DNA from: the human T2T-CHM13v2.0 reference genome, Homo sapiens | Length of the DNA stretch: 64,000 bases | Direction: 5' to 3' (one strand) | Assembly: GCF_009914755.1 (NCBI RefSeq) | Contig: NC_060929.1 | In this document: one piece after another, positions 1 to 13,350 of the stretch | Numbering within the stretch: the first letter of the stretch is position 1 | How the letters are laid out: each line of letters opens with the position of its first letter | The notes under the pieces: model-generated | What the model was told of the DNA's origin: nothing | Seen by the model: only the letters and a program-made list of their open reading frames with translations | Databases searched by the model: none | Made by a program: the position numbers and the translations under genes

Positions 1-544
1 ATTGTGTTGCTCATTGATAACTAATTGAAACACCTGGAGCACAATAAACATTGAGTAAATGTAGCTAGCATCTTTAGCTTTTTATTCAGCTCCCCATGTA
101 AGTACTGGTTTCTCCATGGTGAGCCTCCGCCCCTTCCTGCGTGACTGTCCTCGCTAGTCCCTGCTGGCCTCTGCTGTCCATGCTAAGCACAGGTTCAACC
201 AGCTTCATAGGCACTGAACATCCTCTGCGTCATGCTTTTCATTCCTGACACACAGTTCAAGGAAAAACAAACCCAAAGTGGCTTTTCCTAATAGAAGAAA
301 GCGTAGAATATATAAATTCCCAGAACCAGATTTTCACACAACGAAGGCAAGGTGAGAACTCCTTGATTCCAGCCACTGCTGTCTGATGTCAGTTTGACTT
401 CCTTTTATTTCTTTTAAGCAGGGAAATGAACATTAATCTTCACCCTCACAATTGTCCCAGGCAAGCCACAAAGTGCTGAGCACAAGGGGAAGGCTGGCTA
501 AGTATGTGTGGAGTGGAATTGGATTAGATGGGGAGAAACTCTGG

Positions 545-750
545 TTACCTCTGAACTTGATTTCTACTTGGGCCAGCTATGTGCCGTTTGACCTTGGCCC
601 AAACAGCCCTCCTCTCTATCTGTGCTGCTTCTTCTGTAAAATAGGAATAATTACGTCAGCTCAACTCATCTCATCCATTGTTGCAAGGAGTAAATTAGAT
701 GGCAAGTGTGAAAATGCTTTGTAAACTACTGAGAACTGTGTAATGCATTG
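545..750 (+). mobile_element. MIR SINE fragment
   Basis: MIR core-like text 'tgaccttgg...ttctgtaaaataggaataat...ttgttgcaaggagtaaattagatg...aaaatgctttgtaaact'; boundaries approximate. Confidence 0.7.
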
Positions 751-975
751 TAAGGCATTGTCATGATTGCTACTATTTCAAGTCCAATGGGGGAGATTGG
801 ATCGAAGAAGAATGGCAGACAGCCCAGGGTTGTGGGGGCAGTGAGGCTGACTTGTTTATCAGTAGAAAAAGCATTCTGACTCATCTCAGAAAAGAATCTT
901 GGCAAACACAAAGAAAATAGTCTGGAGAAAGCTGATGAGCCCACAGTTGGAATTCTGTATTGGGGTTTAGAAATG

Positions 976-1022
976 TGAGCACCAGGATGCTGAAAACATG
1001 AGCACCAGGATGCTGAAAACAT
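976..1022. repeat. Perfect 23-bp tandem duplication
   Basis: tgagcaccaggatgctgaaaaca at 976-998 and 999-1021. Confidence 0.95.
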
Positions 1023-1321
1023 TGAAAAGAGTCCAGGCAAAAGCAGGGCAGTTACTAGAGAACAGAAGTCTCAACTTGCGAAGAATTCAGTGTGAAACAC
1101 ATGCGCTTTGGCCACCAGGAAATTATACTTGTTTGCCCAAGTTTTTTCCAAGAGGAAGATGCTTCAGGGATATGTAACACGCTCTTGTGGAAAGAATGCT
1201 GGTTTATAGGCCTCTGCACAGGGACTCCCCTAAACCTCTACCCCAAGTCTGGATGAAGAAAACAGTGAGAGGTGCACCAGATGAGGAGCCAAAGCTTTTC
1301 ACAAGAACCAAATAATGTTTT

Positions 1322-2355
1322 ACCAGTTAGGGTGCTTTTGGCTGTAAGTAATAGACCAGATAACAAAGAAGCTAAGGTCATTTATTATTTCCTTCACAAG
1401 AAGTTCAGAGATAGGCCAGTACCAGGCTTGGTTAACTCAGCAGTGCAACAAAATCCTCTAAAACTCAATTCCTCCCCCCTTCTCTCTCTGCGATCCTCGT
1501 GGGCTTGATTTATCCTTTTAGGGTTGGCTTCCCTCATGATGCAGAGATGGCTATGACAATTCCAGGCATGCCATGTAGATGACAACATCTCTGTCCCTTT
1601 TTAAGAGTAAGGGATAATTTCCCAGAGGTTCCCCAGCAGATTCTTACTTCCACTGCCCTTGACCATGACTGTGATCTCTTTCCAAGCTGTATTAGTCCGG
1701 GTTCTCCTGAGAAACAGAACTAATAGGAGATAGATATATTTATGTACATACACTCAAGTGTGTATGTGTTTGTGTGTGTGTGTATATATATAAAATAAAG
1801 AATTGGCTTACATGATTATGGAGGCTGAAATGTCCCCAGATCTGCAGTGCAAAGGCCTGAGATTCAGGAGAGCTAATGATGTTAAGTTCTAGCATGAGTC
1901 CAAAGCAGAAGAGAGACGTCCCAGCCCAAAGTCAGGCAGGCAGAGAGAGCAAATTCTCTCTTGCTCAGCCTTTTGTTCTAATCAGGCCTTCAACAGATTG
2001 GATGAGGCCCATCCACATTGGGGAGGGCAATCTGCTTCACTCAGTCTACCAATTCCCATGCTAATCTCACCTGGAAACACCATCACAGACTCACCCAGAA
2101 ATAAAGTTTACCCAAATATCCAGATGCCTCATGGCACAGTCAAGTTGACACAACAGTAACCATCACACAATCTTAAACTAGCCACCAACAAGGGGAGTAA
2201 AATGACTATGAATGGCCGAGACCAATCCCAATTCACTCTAGGGCTAGAGGGGGAGCTCAGCCCCCAGAAGCTCAAGGCCTTCCAGTCCCTGGACACAGCT
2301 GGGGTTCTGTTGGCAAGTAATAGGGGGAAGAGCTGTGGGGCAGTGACCAAGAATG
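1322..2355 (-). mobile_element. Old MaLR LTR (MLT1J/K-like), split by an MLT2 LTR
   Basis: 'cagttagggtgcttttggctgtaagtaataga' at the start; resumes after 2172 with 'gaccaatc...ggggttctgttggcaag'. Confidence 0.55.
1688..2167 (-). mobile_element. MLT2 (ERVL) solo LTR, MLT2B/C-like, with internal (TG)n/(TA)n
   Basis: Termini 'tgtattagtccgggttctcc..agaaacagaac' and 'gtcaagttgacaca..aaccatcaca'; 5-bp TSD caagc (1683-1687) / caatc (2168-2172). Confidence 0.85.
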
Positions 2356-2419
2356 GCTGCACCCTCTGCTCCATGTAACTCACCGAGGAGGTCCCCAAAA
2401 TGTAATGCATGACAGGATG

Positions 2420-2512
2420 TTAGCTAACACTTGCTGGGCACGTACTCTGCACTAGGTGTGGTACTAAGCACTTGGTAGGTGTCATCTCATTCAATCAGTT
2501 TAACAACCTGAA
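2420..2512 (-). mobile_element. MIR fragment
   Basis: 'agctaacacttgctgggcac...ctaagcactt...atctcattcaatc...aacaacc'. Confidence 0.6.
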
Positions 2513-3263
2513 GCTCCTTGTGTTGGGCTTTGTTGGGAGGTGAGATGGACCTTAATAACTGAATCTTCCTGGAAGAGCCCAGGGTTAATCCTCTTAATAT
2601 CAAATTGCTCTCCATAAATAACTGCTTTGCTGTGGTTCTTGTGAATTCCTTCTTCTTTTCTTTCTAGTAGTTGACTTCACTTTAGACAACTGCAATTTCT
2701 ACTCTGGCATGATTTCTCAGAGGCGGTCCTCAACAAACATGCCTGGGGTCAGGGAGAGAGTCCAGTGATATGAAAAACTAGCCCAGAATGGAAAACTCCT
2801 TGAAGTTCTGCAATTATATATTATTTTTTATTTTGTTTTTGATTTTTTGAATTGAATTTGATTTGTTGAATAAATTAATTCAAGCAATACAAAAGTACTG
2901 TTGAGAGCAAGTGTGCCTCCCACCTTAGTCCCTGCCCAAATCAGCTCTCCCATGGATCCATTCATCCTTCCCTTCCTAGTTATTGATAAACTATTGTTAC
3001 GCAAAGGTCTGTGCCAGGTTCAAGCTGACTCGTGGAGTTCCAATGGAGTTATCTTTAGTTCTTCCCTCCCACACAGGAAGCACCCATCAGGTGCCAAGTC
3101 CTAAACATCCATCTTGACAAAATCTCTGAAGTCCTCATTCCCTGTTTGTTTATTGTTTCTCCTTGGACTCATTCTGCCAGCCTCCAGTGGCCTCCATGAC
3201 AACATTGCCTCCTTCTCTGTTGTCTCCGTCTTCTTTAAGTGCATTTTTTATAAAGATACACTA

Positions 3264-3649
3264 CGTTATAGGTGGAATACTGTGTCGCTCCAAATGCACA
3301 CGTTGATGTTCTAACCCAGTAACTCAGAATGTCACTGTAGTTGCAGGTAGGGTCTTTAAAGAGGCAATTAAATTTAAGTGAGGTCTTTGAGGTGAGCCCT
3401 AATCCAATCTGACCGGTGTCCTTAATAGTAAGAGGTGATTAGGACACAGACACACACAGGGATAGACCATGTGAAGACACAGGGAGAAGACGGCTATCTA
3501 CAAGCTGAGGACTGAGGCCTCAGAAGAAACAAGACCTAGTGACGCTTTGATATTAGACTTCCAGCCTCCAGAACTGTGAGAACATAAATTTGTGTTTGAG
3601 CCACACGGTGTGTGGCACTTTGTTATGGAAGGCCTCGCGGGCAAACACA
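3264..3649 (+). mobile_element. MLT1A/MLT1A0-like MaLR solo LTR
   Basis: 'ccctaatccaatctgaccggtgtcctta', 'ttagacttccagcctccagaactgtgaga', 'ctttgttatgg'; near-TSD cacta/gacta. Confidence 0.85.
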
Positions 3650-3664
3650 GACTACGTACAATCC

Positions 3665-4040
3665 AGCCACTCACTTGCTGAAAGCTCTGTAGTGGCTTCT
3701 GGCTGTTTAACAGTGAGGCAGCACTGGCCCACCTCTCAGGGCCCTTCTGATCTGGCGTGGACCTGCCTCTACTGTCCCGCTTGCTTACCATCCATGCTCT
3801 GGGCTTCAGCTCACACTGGGCTGATTCCCATCCAGGGAACACGGCTGTGCTTCCTTGCCTTTCGCCTTTGCACAGGCTGTTCCCTCTGCAAAAAACATAT
3901 TTGCATTTCCCATCACGCCCCTCCCATTTCTACCTGTTGAAATCACGTCCATCACTCAAACCCAGCCACAGTGCCATCTCCTTTAGAAAGGCATATGCTT
4001 TCCTAAAGCCACAATCTAGTTGGGTCCCTCCTTTTCACCT
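3665..4040 (+). mobile_element. L2 LINE 3' fragment (appears to resume about 5020-5180)
   Basis: L2-like 'gcctttgcacaggctgttccctctgc', 'tcactcaaacccagc...atctcct..agaaagg'. Confidence 0.6.
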
Positions 4041-4047
4041 CCCTCAT

Positions 4048-5019
<972 letters not shown>

Positions 5020-6889
5020 CCATCATCATTTGTAAAAGTCTCATGCCGGGATCAGACCTGCCCCGTGTTCTATTCAGGTGTGCACTCAGTTGCCTTCCTA
5101 TTTGACTTGCTCACCTTTCAGCGTGTCATCTAGGAGGACTAGACAAGTAGCACATTTTCACAAACACGAATGGAATGAACATGACAGGCCAGATTGGAAA
5201 ATAGGATCAAAAATAAGTCAAAAAATGAAAATTATGTCTATGGAAAAAAAGAAATAGGAAACACGACTCAAATTGTGTCAACCCTAGGATGACCTGCAGG
5301 AAGTTGAAACCCTGGGTGGGAGAAGTACTGAATAGAAGAGAGAATGCTGCTCCCCTGACACTGCAGCTATATTGGAAAATACATTCTAAGTCTACTTAAG
5401 ATAGAATTCCGGTTGAATATTCTGAAATGTGTTCTTACATGGAAGACATTTGACCCCTGGAGACAACTCAACAGAAGCTTTGCCTTGGAAAGCTGGTTGG
5501 ATGGAGAGGTTTTGTGAGGTCTTTTTACTCTGGAATCTGAGATGCCTGGTGGAACTTGAGCAGCACTGTTCAGCAGGGGGCAGGCCACCAAGAGCACACA
5601 TATACCCTTAAAAACCATCTGCTCTGCAAACATGCAGAAATCATTAATACATTGCAAGCGTGGTTTTGCCCAGACCTGCTGCAAAATGATCACAGGCAAA
5701 GTGGTTTGCGTACTCTCCCCCTCACTGATGGCTCTTTGGGCCGTCAGTTGAACAAGGAACCCACACGGAGCTAAAATGTACAAACGACAAATAAAATGTT
5801 GCCTCTCTCTCCAGACTCTCACAAAATCAGGAAAAACAAAAAAAAACCTTTCTCTCCATTTCTGCAAGAAAGAAATGAGAGCTAAAACTGTTAGCCATGT
5901 GAAATCTAGTGGGGAAACCTGTTTTTTTTTTCCTATGAGTCTTAAAGCAGCAATAATTTGTTTTCCTTTCTTTTCCTTTCTTTTTTCTCCCCTCTGCCAC
6001 ATTAGAGAGGCTTGCTGACAAAGACTTGAGTAGGTTCTATAAGGATCCCCAGGTATCCCCAGATGTGGTGCACATTGAGATGGATGGAGAAGTTGTGTAT
6101 GGCGGAGGAAACTAGGAGTGCCGCAGGATAGAAATCCACTGGGAGTAAGACGGGTTGGTGTCCCTCTGGAATCCGTGTTGCTGCCACTGCTCGGTAGAGA
6201 AGGGTGGGTGGAGTCATGTCCCTGGAACCTGCCTGACAGTGTTGCCAGTTCTCCTGCTTCACTTCTGGGGCTGCCCCCGTGTCCCTGATGTCAAAGCCAT
6301 GAAGTTACTTCTGGGAGGGGAGAAATCAAGCTGGAGACCCTGAGACAGGGGTGAAATCAGAACCTGCTGCGCTGGTGGAATTTGGCAGATGCCTCCATGC
6401 TGTGAAGGGGCCATGGGCACCGAAAGGTCTCCCCACCCCTGCACCCTCTCACTCTGATGCCAAGGGCCTTTAGTTCCCCAGAAGCAGAACTGGAGCTGGG
6501 GAAGACTACATGAGGGATTCATGAAGCCAGAATTCTTAGGAGGAGGAGGGATCAGGAAGACACACGGTGGAAGGCACGGGGCTAGGTGGGGATGTGGCCT
6601 CTGCTGGAGACCAACTTCTGCCGGATCCCATGGCAGCTCCATCGGGTCCCTTTTGAGGTGAGGACATTGGCCTTTTGTATCTCTATGTTTTGTCTTTGAC
6701 CACTGGCCATGGTGATGGTGTTGGGTGACTGACAAGGTAGCTCTGTGCTGGGCTGCACTTCCTTCCGCTGAAAGTCATTAGGATGCCTCGCGGCTCCTTG
6801 TGAGGTTGGACATGGCGGATGAGCACTGAAGGTGGCAGGATGCTTCAGTACAGAGATAGATGGTAGATGTTCTGGCTTTTCAGGCCACC

Positions 6890-7262
6890 TGATATGGTTA
6901 GGCTTTGTGCCCCCACTCAAATCTCATCTGGAATTGTAATCCCCATAATGCCCATGTGTTCAGAGAGAGACCAGGTGGAGGTAATTGAATCATGAGAGTG
7001 GTTCCCCCATGCTGTTCTCATGATGGTGAGTTCTCACGAGAGTTGATGGTTTTATAAGGGGCTCTTCCCTGCTTAACTAGGCATTCTCCTTCCTGCCACC
7101 TCGTGAAGAAGGTGCCTTGCATCCCTGTTGCCTTCCACCATGATTGTAAGTTTCCTGAGGCCTCCCTAGCCATGCAGAACTGTGAGTCAATTAAACCTCT
7201 TCTCTTTATTAATTACCTAGTCTCGGGCAGTTCTTATAGCAGTGTGAGAATGGACCAATACA
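6890..7262 (+). mobile_element. THE1C/D-like MaLR solo LTR
   Basis: 'tgatatggttaggctttgtg..cccact..caaatctcatc' to 'ggaccaataca'; perfect 5-bp TSD ccacc (6885-6889, 7263-7267). Confidence 0.93.
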
Positions 7263-7545
7263 CCACCTGTGGTCTCTGTTGTATATTCTTTTTTGTTTTA
7301 TTTCACCACTCTTTATAGAAACTCCATCATTGGCCTGAGAGCCACACAGAAACAATCCCTGATTGACTAAATCCATTAATTCATAAGGGATTGCAAAATG
7401 GTGATGGCCTAACTCTTCACGCTTCATTCACTAGCTGAATTATTTCTATAAAGAAAAAGATTCTGCCAGTCACCTATTTAATACCCTGAGGGACAGTTCA
7501 TTTAGGAAAGACACGATAAATGCTTGGATTTTTCTGTTTACTTAC

Positions 7546-7942
7546 TATCTTAGCCCATTCCAGGCTGCTATAACAATACACATGAGACTGGGTGATTGAT
7601 AAAGAACACACACTCATTTCTCACCATTTTGGAGGCTGGAAGTCCAGGATCAAGGCACCTAGAGTTTTGTTGTTTGATGAGGGCCTGTTCTCTGCTTCCA
7701 AGATAGAGCCTTGTTGCCAGAGGTGATCAATACTGTATTCTCATGTGGCAGGAGAGATGGAGGGACCAAAGGCCTGGCTAGTTCCCCAGAGCCCTTTCAT
7801 AAGGGTTCTAATCCCATTCATGAAGGCAGAGCCCTCACAATCTAACCACCTCCCAAAGGCCAACCTCTTAATACTGTTATCACACTGGGTCTTAGGTTCC
7901 CATGTATGCATTTTTGGGGATACATACATTCAGATCATAGCA
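7546..7942 (-). mobile_element. MST (MSTC/D-like) MaLR solo LTR
   Basis: 'tatcttagcccattccaggctgctataacaa...ggaggctggaagtccaggatcaagg...acattcagatcatagca'. Confidence 0.85.
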
Positions 7943-8104
7943 TGTACTGATTTTAATAATAATGAGTTTGTTTCTAGACATTCTCCAGAGATAATCAAGA
8001 TTTTTTTTTTTTCCTCTTAGTATAATTGTGAACTTAGGGATGTAAGCATATTGACAGGTTCAGGATCAAATTTGCCATCTTTGGGCAGTTTGGCCTCTGA
8101 ATAT

Positions 8105-8570
8105 TTTTCAACAGTTTTATTGAGATATATAATTCACATACAGTACAAACACCCATTTAAAGGGCACAATTCAATGGTTTTTAGTATATTCACAGAGTTG
8201 CACAACCATCACCACAATTAATTTTAGAACATTTTTGTCATCCCCGAAAGAAACCCTGTACCCACCAGCAGTCATTCTCCATTTCCCTCCACCTACCTCT
8301 TCCATCCCTGTACCCCACCCCCAGACCTAGGCAACCACTAATCCACTTTCTAGACGAGACTGTTCTGGACAATTCATATACACTGAATGATATAATAGGC
8401 GGTCTTTTGTGACTGGCTGCTTTCATTTAGTAAAATGTTTTCAAGGGTCCTCTACATTGTAGCATGTATCAATATTTCATTTCTTCTAATTGCCAATTAA
8501 TATTCCATTCTGTGGATGTACCACTTTGTATTTATCCATCCATTGGTTGATGGACATTTGGTTGTTTCCT
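8105..8570 (-). mobile_element. L1MB-like 3' end
   Basis: 'ttttattgagatatataattcacatac...cacagagttgcacaaccatcacc...ggcaaccactaatc'; degenerate TSD ttggcctctgaatattttt / ttggcttctgagtcttttt. Confidence 0.85.
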
Positions 8571-11500
8571 CTTGGCTTCTGAGTCTTTTTGATAGCTCCC
8601 TAGCAGTCTTTGGCAGCTTCCTTCCTTTCTAGCATAATACGAAGTTCCAGACTCTTCTTATATATGTCTACCGCAGGCTTGGGAAAACTCACTCTCCAAG
8701 GAGCACATATTCGTTTTAATGGGAAATGCAATGTCAAGATAAAACCTGGGTGCTAGGGATGTTTATTGTTACTGGGCTGGTCATTGATTCTAGGACTTGC
8801 AACAGACAGAGACAAAACATTTTTTTGGTTGTTTACTTGTTTGTTTATTTGCTGTTTAAGATAAACTTTACCTGGTGAATGTCCTGAAGCTTCCAGTTCA
8901 AAGTTAGGACCACAGAGTTTTTACTTAGCTTCATCAATATTACAATTGTATTTTTTTCTATGCTAAAATGTCAGATTCTCAGTGACACCAAAGTAATGAC
9001 TCATTTGCATTATCCCATAAGACACGCAGACACAAGTTTCATGTCACAATATCAAAACTTGTGGGAGCAATGTATTTACTGAAAACAGTTTAAAATTTGT
9101 TCAAAGTTATTTTTGCCTTACAGATTTGTCACTGGAGATGCACAGTTGGAAATGTATTTTAACGGCATTTGGAATAGTTCCTCTTTGTGGTTATGCTATC
9201 AACTGGTTGCCACTTAAGTTCATTTAGTTCACTTTATTTTTGATTTTTAGAGATTGATTTTATAGAAATTAATTTTGTTTTCTAATTATGTTCTAAAGTT
9301 AAAACTACAAGGTAAGATTTATTCAAAGAAGTCCGGCTTCTATTCCTGTCCCTTCTATTTTACTCCCTTTTGTTTCGATAAGGCAACCACTAAAAACAAT
9401 TATCTTCTTTTACTTTAAATTTTAAGCAAATTCTATATATATGTTCAATCCCCCTTCTTAGACTACTGTATTTACTATTCTCCATCTTGCTTTTCTCATT
9501 GGACCATAAATCTTGGAGATCACTTCATAATGGAAATCTTTCTTAGTCTTTTTTAACAGCTGCATAGTACCCTAATACTTTCTATATGCACCCCAGTTAA
9601 TTCACCTTGTACCTGACTGACAGACATTTGGATTGTTCCAAGTTTTATGCAGTCTCACAAATAGTGCTGCAATGAATCGCCTATACATTTTCAGATTTTT
9701 GCCAGAATATCATTGGCTAAGAGCATAGAAGTGGGATAGCCAAGCTAAAGGAGCATACTTTGTGTAACTTGGGTTTTTCTAAGGCATGATTTCCGTTAGG
9801 GGTTGCAAAACGGTGATAGGTATTTAAATTTTATCATTCTTTATTTATTAGCTAGAACAGCTCTATAAAAAGAAAGCTCCCCTTACCACCTCTTTGACTA
9901 CACTGAGGGACAGTCCATTTAGGAAAGGCAGGACAAATGCTTGATTCTTTTTACTTACTGATTTTCACAAAAATGAATTGGTTCTCAGGCAACTTCCAGA
10001 GGTAATCAATGAAGATTTGTTTGCCCACATGTATCATTATGAACATATAAATTCAATCATATTTGATGTGTTTAAATCCAATGTCATCTTAGTATAATAT
10101 TAATTCCCTTTATTATAAGTGAGGTTGGGCACCATTTCATGTGCCTAAGAGTCAGTCACATTAATTCTTTCATAAACTATCTGCTCATATTTCTAGACTA
10201 CTGTTGGTCAAGTTGTGAGCCTTTTTTTCTCTTTTTAGAATCTCTTTTATATATTGTTATTGACTTTTGATACATGTGTTTTTTCTTAGTTTATCATTTC
10301 CCTTTTCTACTTTGCTTATGCTGTTAATTTTTCATAAAAAAGGTTTTTTGGTGATCAAATTAATCAAATGTTATATTTAATGCTTCAGATTTCAAGTCAT
10401 AATTAGGAAAGTTTTCTTCATTCTCAGGATAAAGAGGAATTCAGCCACATTTCCTTCTAGTACCTTATGGTTTGGTTTCGTTTTTACATTTAAATACATA
10501 CCATTTGAAATTTATCCTATCATATAGCATGAGTAAAGATTCCATTTTATTTTCTTCCATATGGCTATCCAGTTATCCTAACACCACCTGTGAAAGAGTC
10601 TATCTTTTCCCTACTGACTTCAGATTTTGACTTTATTGTATACTACATTTTAATAATCACATAAGTCTGTTTCTAGAGTTTATATTCTGAATCATGTGTA
10701 CCTATTTAAGCATTAATATAAAGCTTTTGAAATGATGGCAGCTTTGTAGGAAGTTTTAATATCTGAGAGGTCTTTCCACCACCCTCCCTGCCATTCCTCT
10801 CCTTTCTTAAGCTGCTATGCTTACTCGTATGTTAATACAAATACATTCTATATAATCAGCCTGTCTGGCCTAGGTAAAAAACTTGGGAATTTTTCAACTT
10901 TGTATTACATTACATTTCATTTATATGTTAGCTTAGTGAGTTCTGATTTTTTTTTTTTTTTTTATGCTGAGTCTTCCTATACAAGGACATGGAGTGTCTT
11001 TCCATTTGTTCAAGTCTACTTTTGTGCCTCTCTCGTGAGTGTTTTATGGTTTTCTTCATGCAGGTTTTGGGCACTTCTTTGCTACCACAAATGTGGTGGT
11101 CTCTTCTATCTTCTTACTGGTTTTTGTTTACAATATATGATGAGTATTTATTTTTCTTTGTTAATTCTAAAAATTGCTCCCTTCCTAACACTGCTCTCAG
11201 TGTTATAGTATCTTTTCCTTTGATTCTTTTGAATTTTCCAGATACATAATCATAAAGTGAAAAATTTTTTATGTTAGAAACTCCAAGGGAATGTTTGAAA
11301 CACGGATCTCTGAGAAAGTGTGTCCCTTGTGAACCATGGGAATGAAGTCAAGGCAGTTGCCACAACTTGTTGGCAACATGCTAGAAAAAAATATATTCAA
11401 GGAAAGGAAATATAGCTTTTTAAGGACTCTAATGACAATCTCAAAGCTTTAAGGTTGGAGACAACATTGCAAAAATATAGAATTATTAATTGTCTTTGTC

Positions 11501-11889
11501 TCTCTACTCTTTTTCTGACAGCCCTTCCTTCTCCATGTCCTTTACTCCTTTGTTTTATATATTGCCACAGCATACAGAAATGTTCTTCCCTCACAGATCC
11601 TACATCTTTCTACCTTCTTAGCTTCTTCTTTTAGCTCCTCCTTGCTCTTTTGCCTGCATCCTCTATTCCTTTTATTCCTCTATTTTTTTTGTCATATGTG
11701 TTTATTTCCCATTGGTAAGGACATTGGAGTATAACTAGTATTAAGCAAAAAAAAAAAAAAGTCAAATCCAGAAAATGTCTTGAAATACTATTATAAAACA
11801 TTACACTATACATGTCTTTAATAATGTTCCTAGAAAAACTTATTTTTGTGTAAAACACATAGTACATAGTACAGCTTATCCTAAAGATT

Positions 11890-12130
11890 GTAGATAATAA
11901 GAATAATGGTGAAAATCTCCATTTAGTGGGCAATTCCTAAGTGCCAGATACAATGCTGTGTACTGTACTAAAAACTCATCTATTCATTCTATAAATATTG
12001 ATTGAGTTCCAGGCAGTATTCATTCTGCTGTGGATAAAATAGATGAAATCTCTGCCCTCATTGAACTTACATTCTAGGAAGAAGACATAAAATGATGAAA
12101 TATTATAAATCAATAAGATACGATCAATGC
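11890..12130 (-). mobile_element. MIR and L2 fragments
   Basis: 'attcattctataaatattgattgag...ctgccctcattgaacttacattctag' matches an antisense L2 3' end. Confidence 0.6.
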
Positions 12131-12234
12131 TAGCTCTACTCTTCTAGGAGGCAGAGGTTGAAGCAAGGATTTGGGAGGTGCAAGGCTGGACTTGGAGAAT
12201 ATAGAAAGGAGAGGAGAGAGATAAGAGATGTGAG

Positions 12235-12362
<128 letters not shown>

Positions 12363-12689
12363 GAGAGATGTGAAGCAATGTGATGTATATTGAGTTGGCT
12401 GCAGCATCATGAGCTGCCAATAGGCACAGCAGGTTGCATCTTCTTTGGCTTGTCAGAGTTCTAGGGAAGGATGGCAAGGAGGAACTGCATCTTGGTATAT
12501 TCACAAAAGGCAGGGGTTTATTAGCCTGGCTCCCTCCCATCTTCTCTTTTGCATTGGTGAAAGGCCACCCTATGTGGAATTAACTTCCTCACATTGCCAG
12601 ATTGTACCTTCTGGACCTCTGGTCGTCTACCGGAAAACCACACCCAACCCAAGTCTAGTGGCAGATGGGTGACCCAGCAGAAGTAGGGT

Positions 12690-13350
12690 GCTGACCAAGA
12701 GAAAGGAAGAAGGGTGAAGTCGAGGTGAACAAAATGTGCTGGCTTGTGCCCATTGTGGCTGACACAGTCCTCAGGAGGGAGAGACACAACAGATGAAATC
12801 AGAGAGGTAAGGAGGGTGGGGAGTGGACAGATCCTGTGGAAACTTCTAAGTTCTTGCAAGGACATTGCTTTTTACTTTGCATGAGCTGGGAAGCCATTGA
12901 AGGGAGGTGTTGGAGCAGAGGAGTGACATGATGGGACTCATGCTTTTAAAGGACCATGACAACCCTGCAAAGTTAGTAATTCAGGCTTTAGAATTGAAAT
13001 AATTTCCCGAAGGTCACAGAGAGAGGTAGTAGAGTCAGGATTTGAACCCAGGTCCTCTTACTCTAAAGTCCTTGTGCTATCTAGTAGGGGCATTTCCTTT
13101 CTAATATATTAGTTGCAAACTTTTTATTCATTTATAAATTTATATATTGATTTTATGCCTCCTTTTTGAGCCTGTACATTTCTGCTTGATGGAGAGTAGA
13201 ATGGTGTTAGGTCTGTGTTTCTTCATTCATTCCAAAAATATGCATTCATTCCCTGCTGTGTGCATGGCATCATAAATTGTGCTACAAAGAATAAAAAGGT
13301 GGACAAGGTCCTTTCTCTCAAGAAACGTATAGACTAGCTATAAAGAGAAG
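12690..13350 (-). mobile_element. L2 and MIR fragments
   Basis: L2-like 'gggaagccattgaaggg..gagcagaggagtgacatga'; MIR-like 'aaggtcacag..agagtcaggatttgaacccagg'. Confidence 0.65.

Larger units (their letters stand above)
7355..11270 (-). mobile_element. Cluster of old L1M (L1MC/ME-like) fragments with nested younger inserts
   Basis: L1MC 3'UTR-like 'ggttgcaaaatggtgat...ctgagggacag..catttaggaaag..aaatgcttg' occurs twice; antisense ORF2-like text at 10400-11250. Confidence 0.65.

Noticed and set aside
395-507. Possible 80-nt exon at 422-501
   Set aside because: Moderate signals with a competing upstream AG; typical pseudo-exon
5367-6002. 211-aa ORF on - strand
   Set aside because: The K/R-rich start is the antisense of a polypyrimidine tract; no recognisable domain or coding-like composition
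6002-6262. 'WGYLGI' suggesting a LINE reverse-transcriptase motif
   Set aside because: No accompanying RT motifs (QG, YADD); too short to support
11357-11378. RFX X-box-like palindrome gttgcca...tggcaac
   Set aside because: Half-site spacing is far longer than an X-box; 7-bp arms are expected by chance
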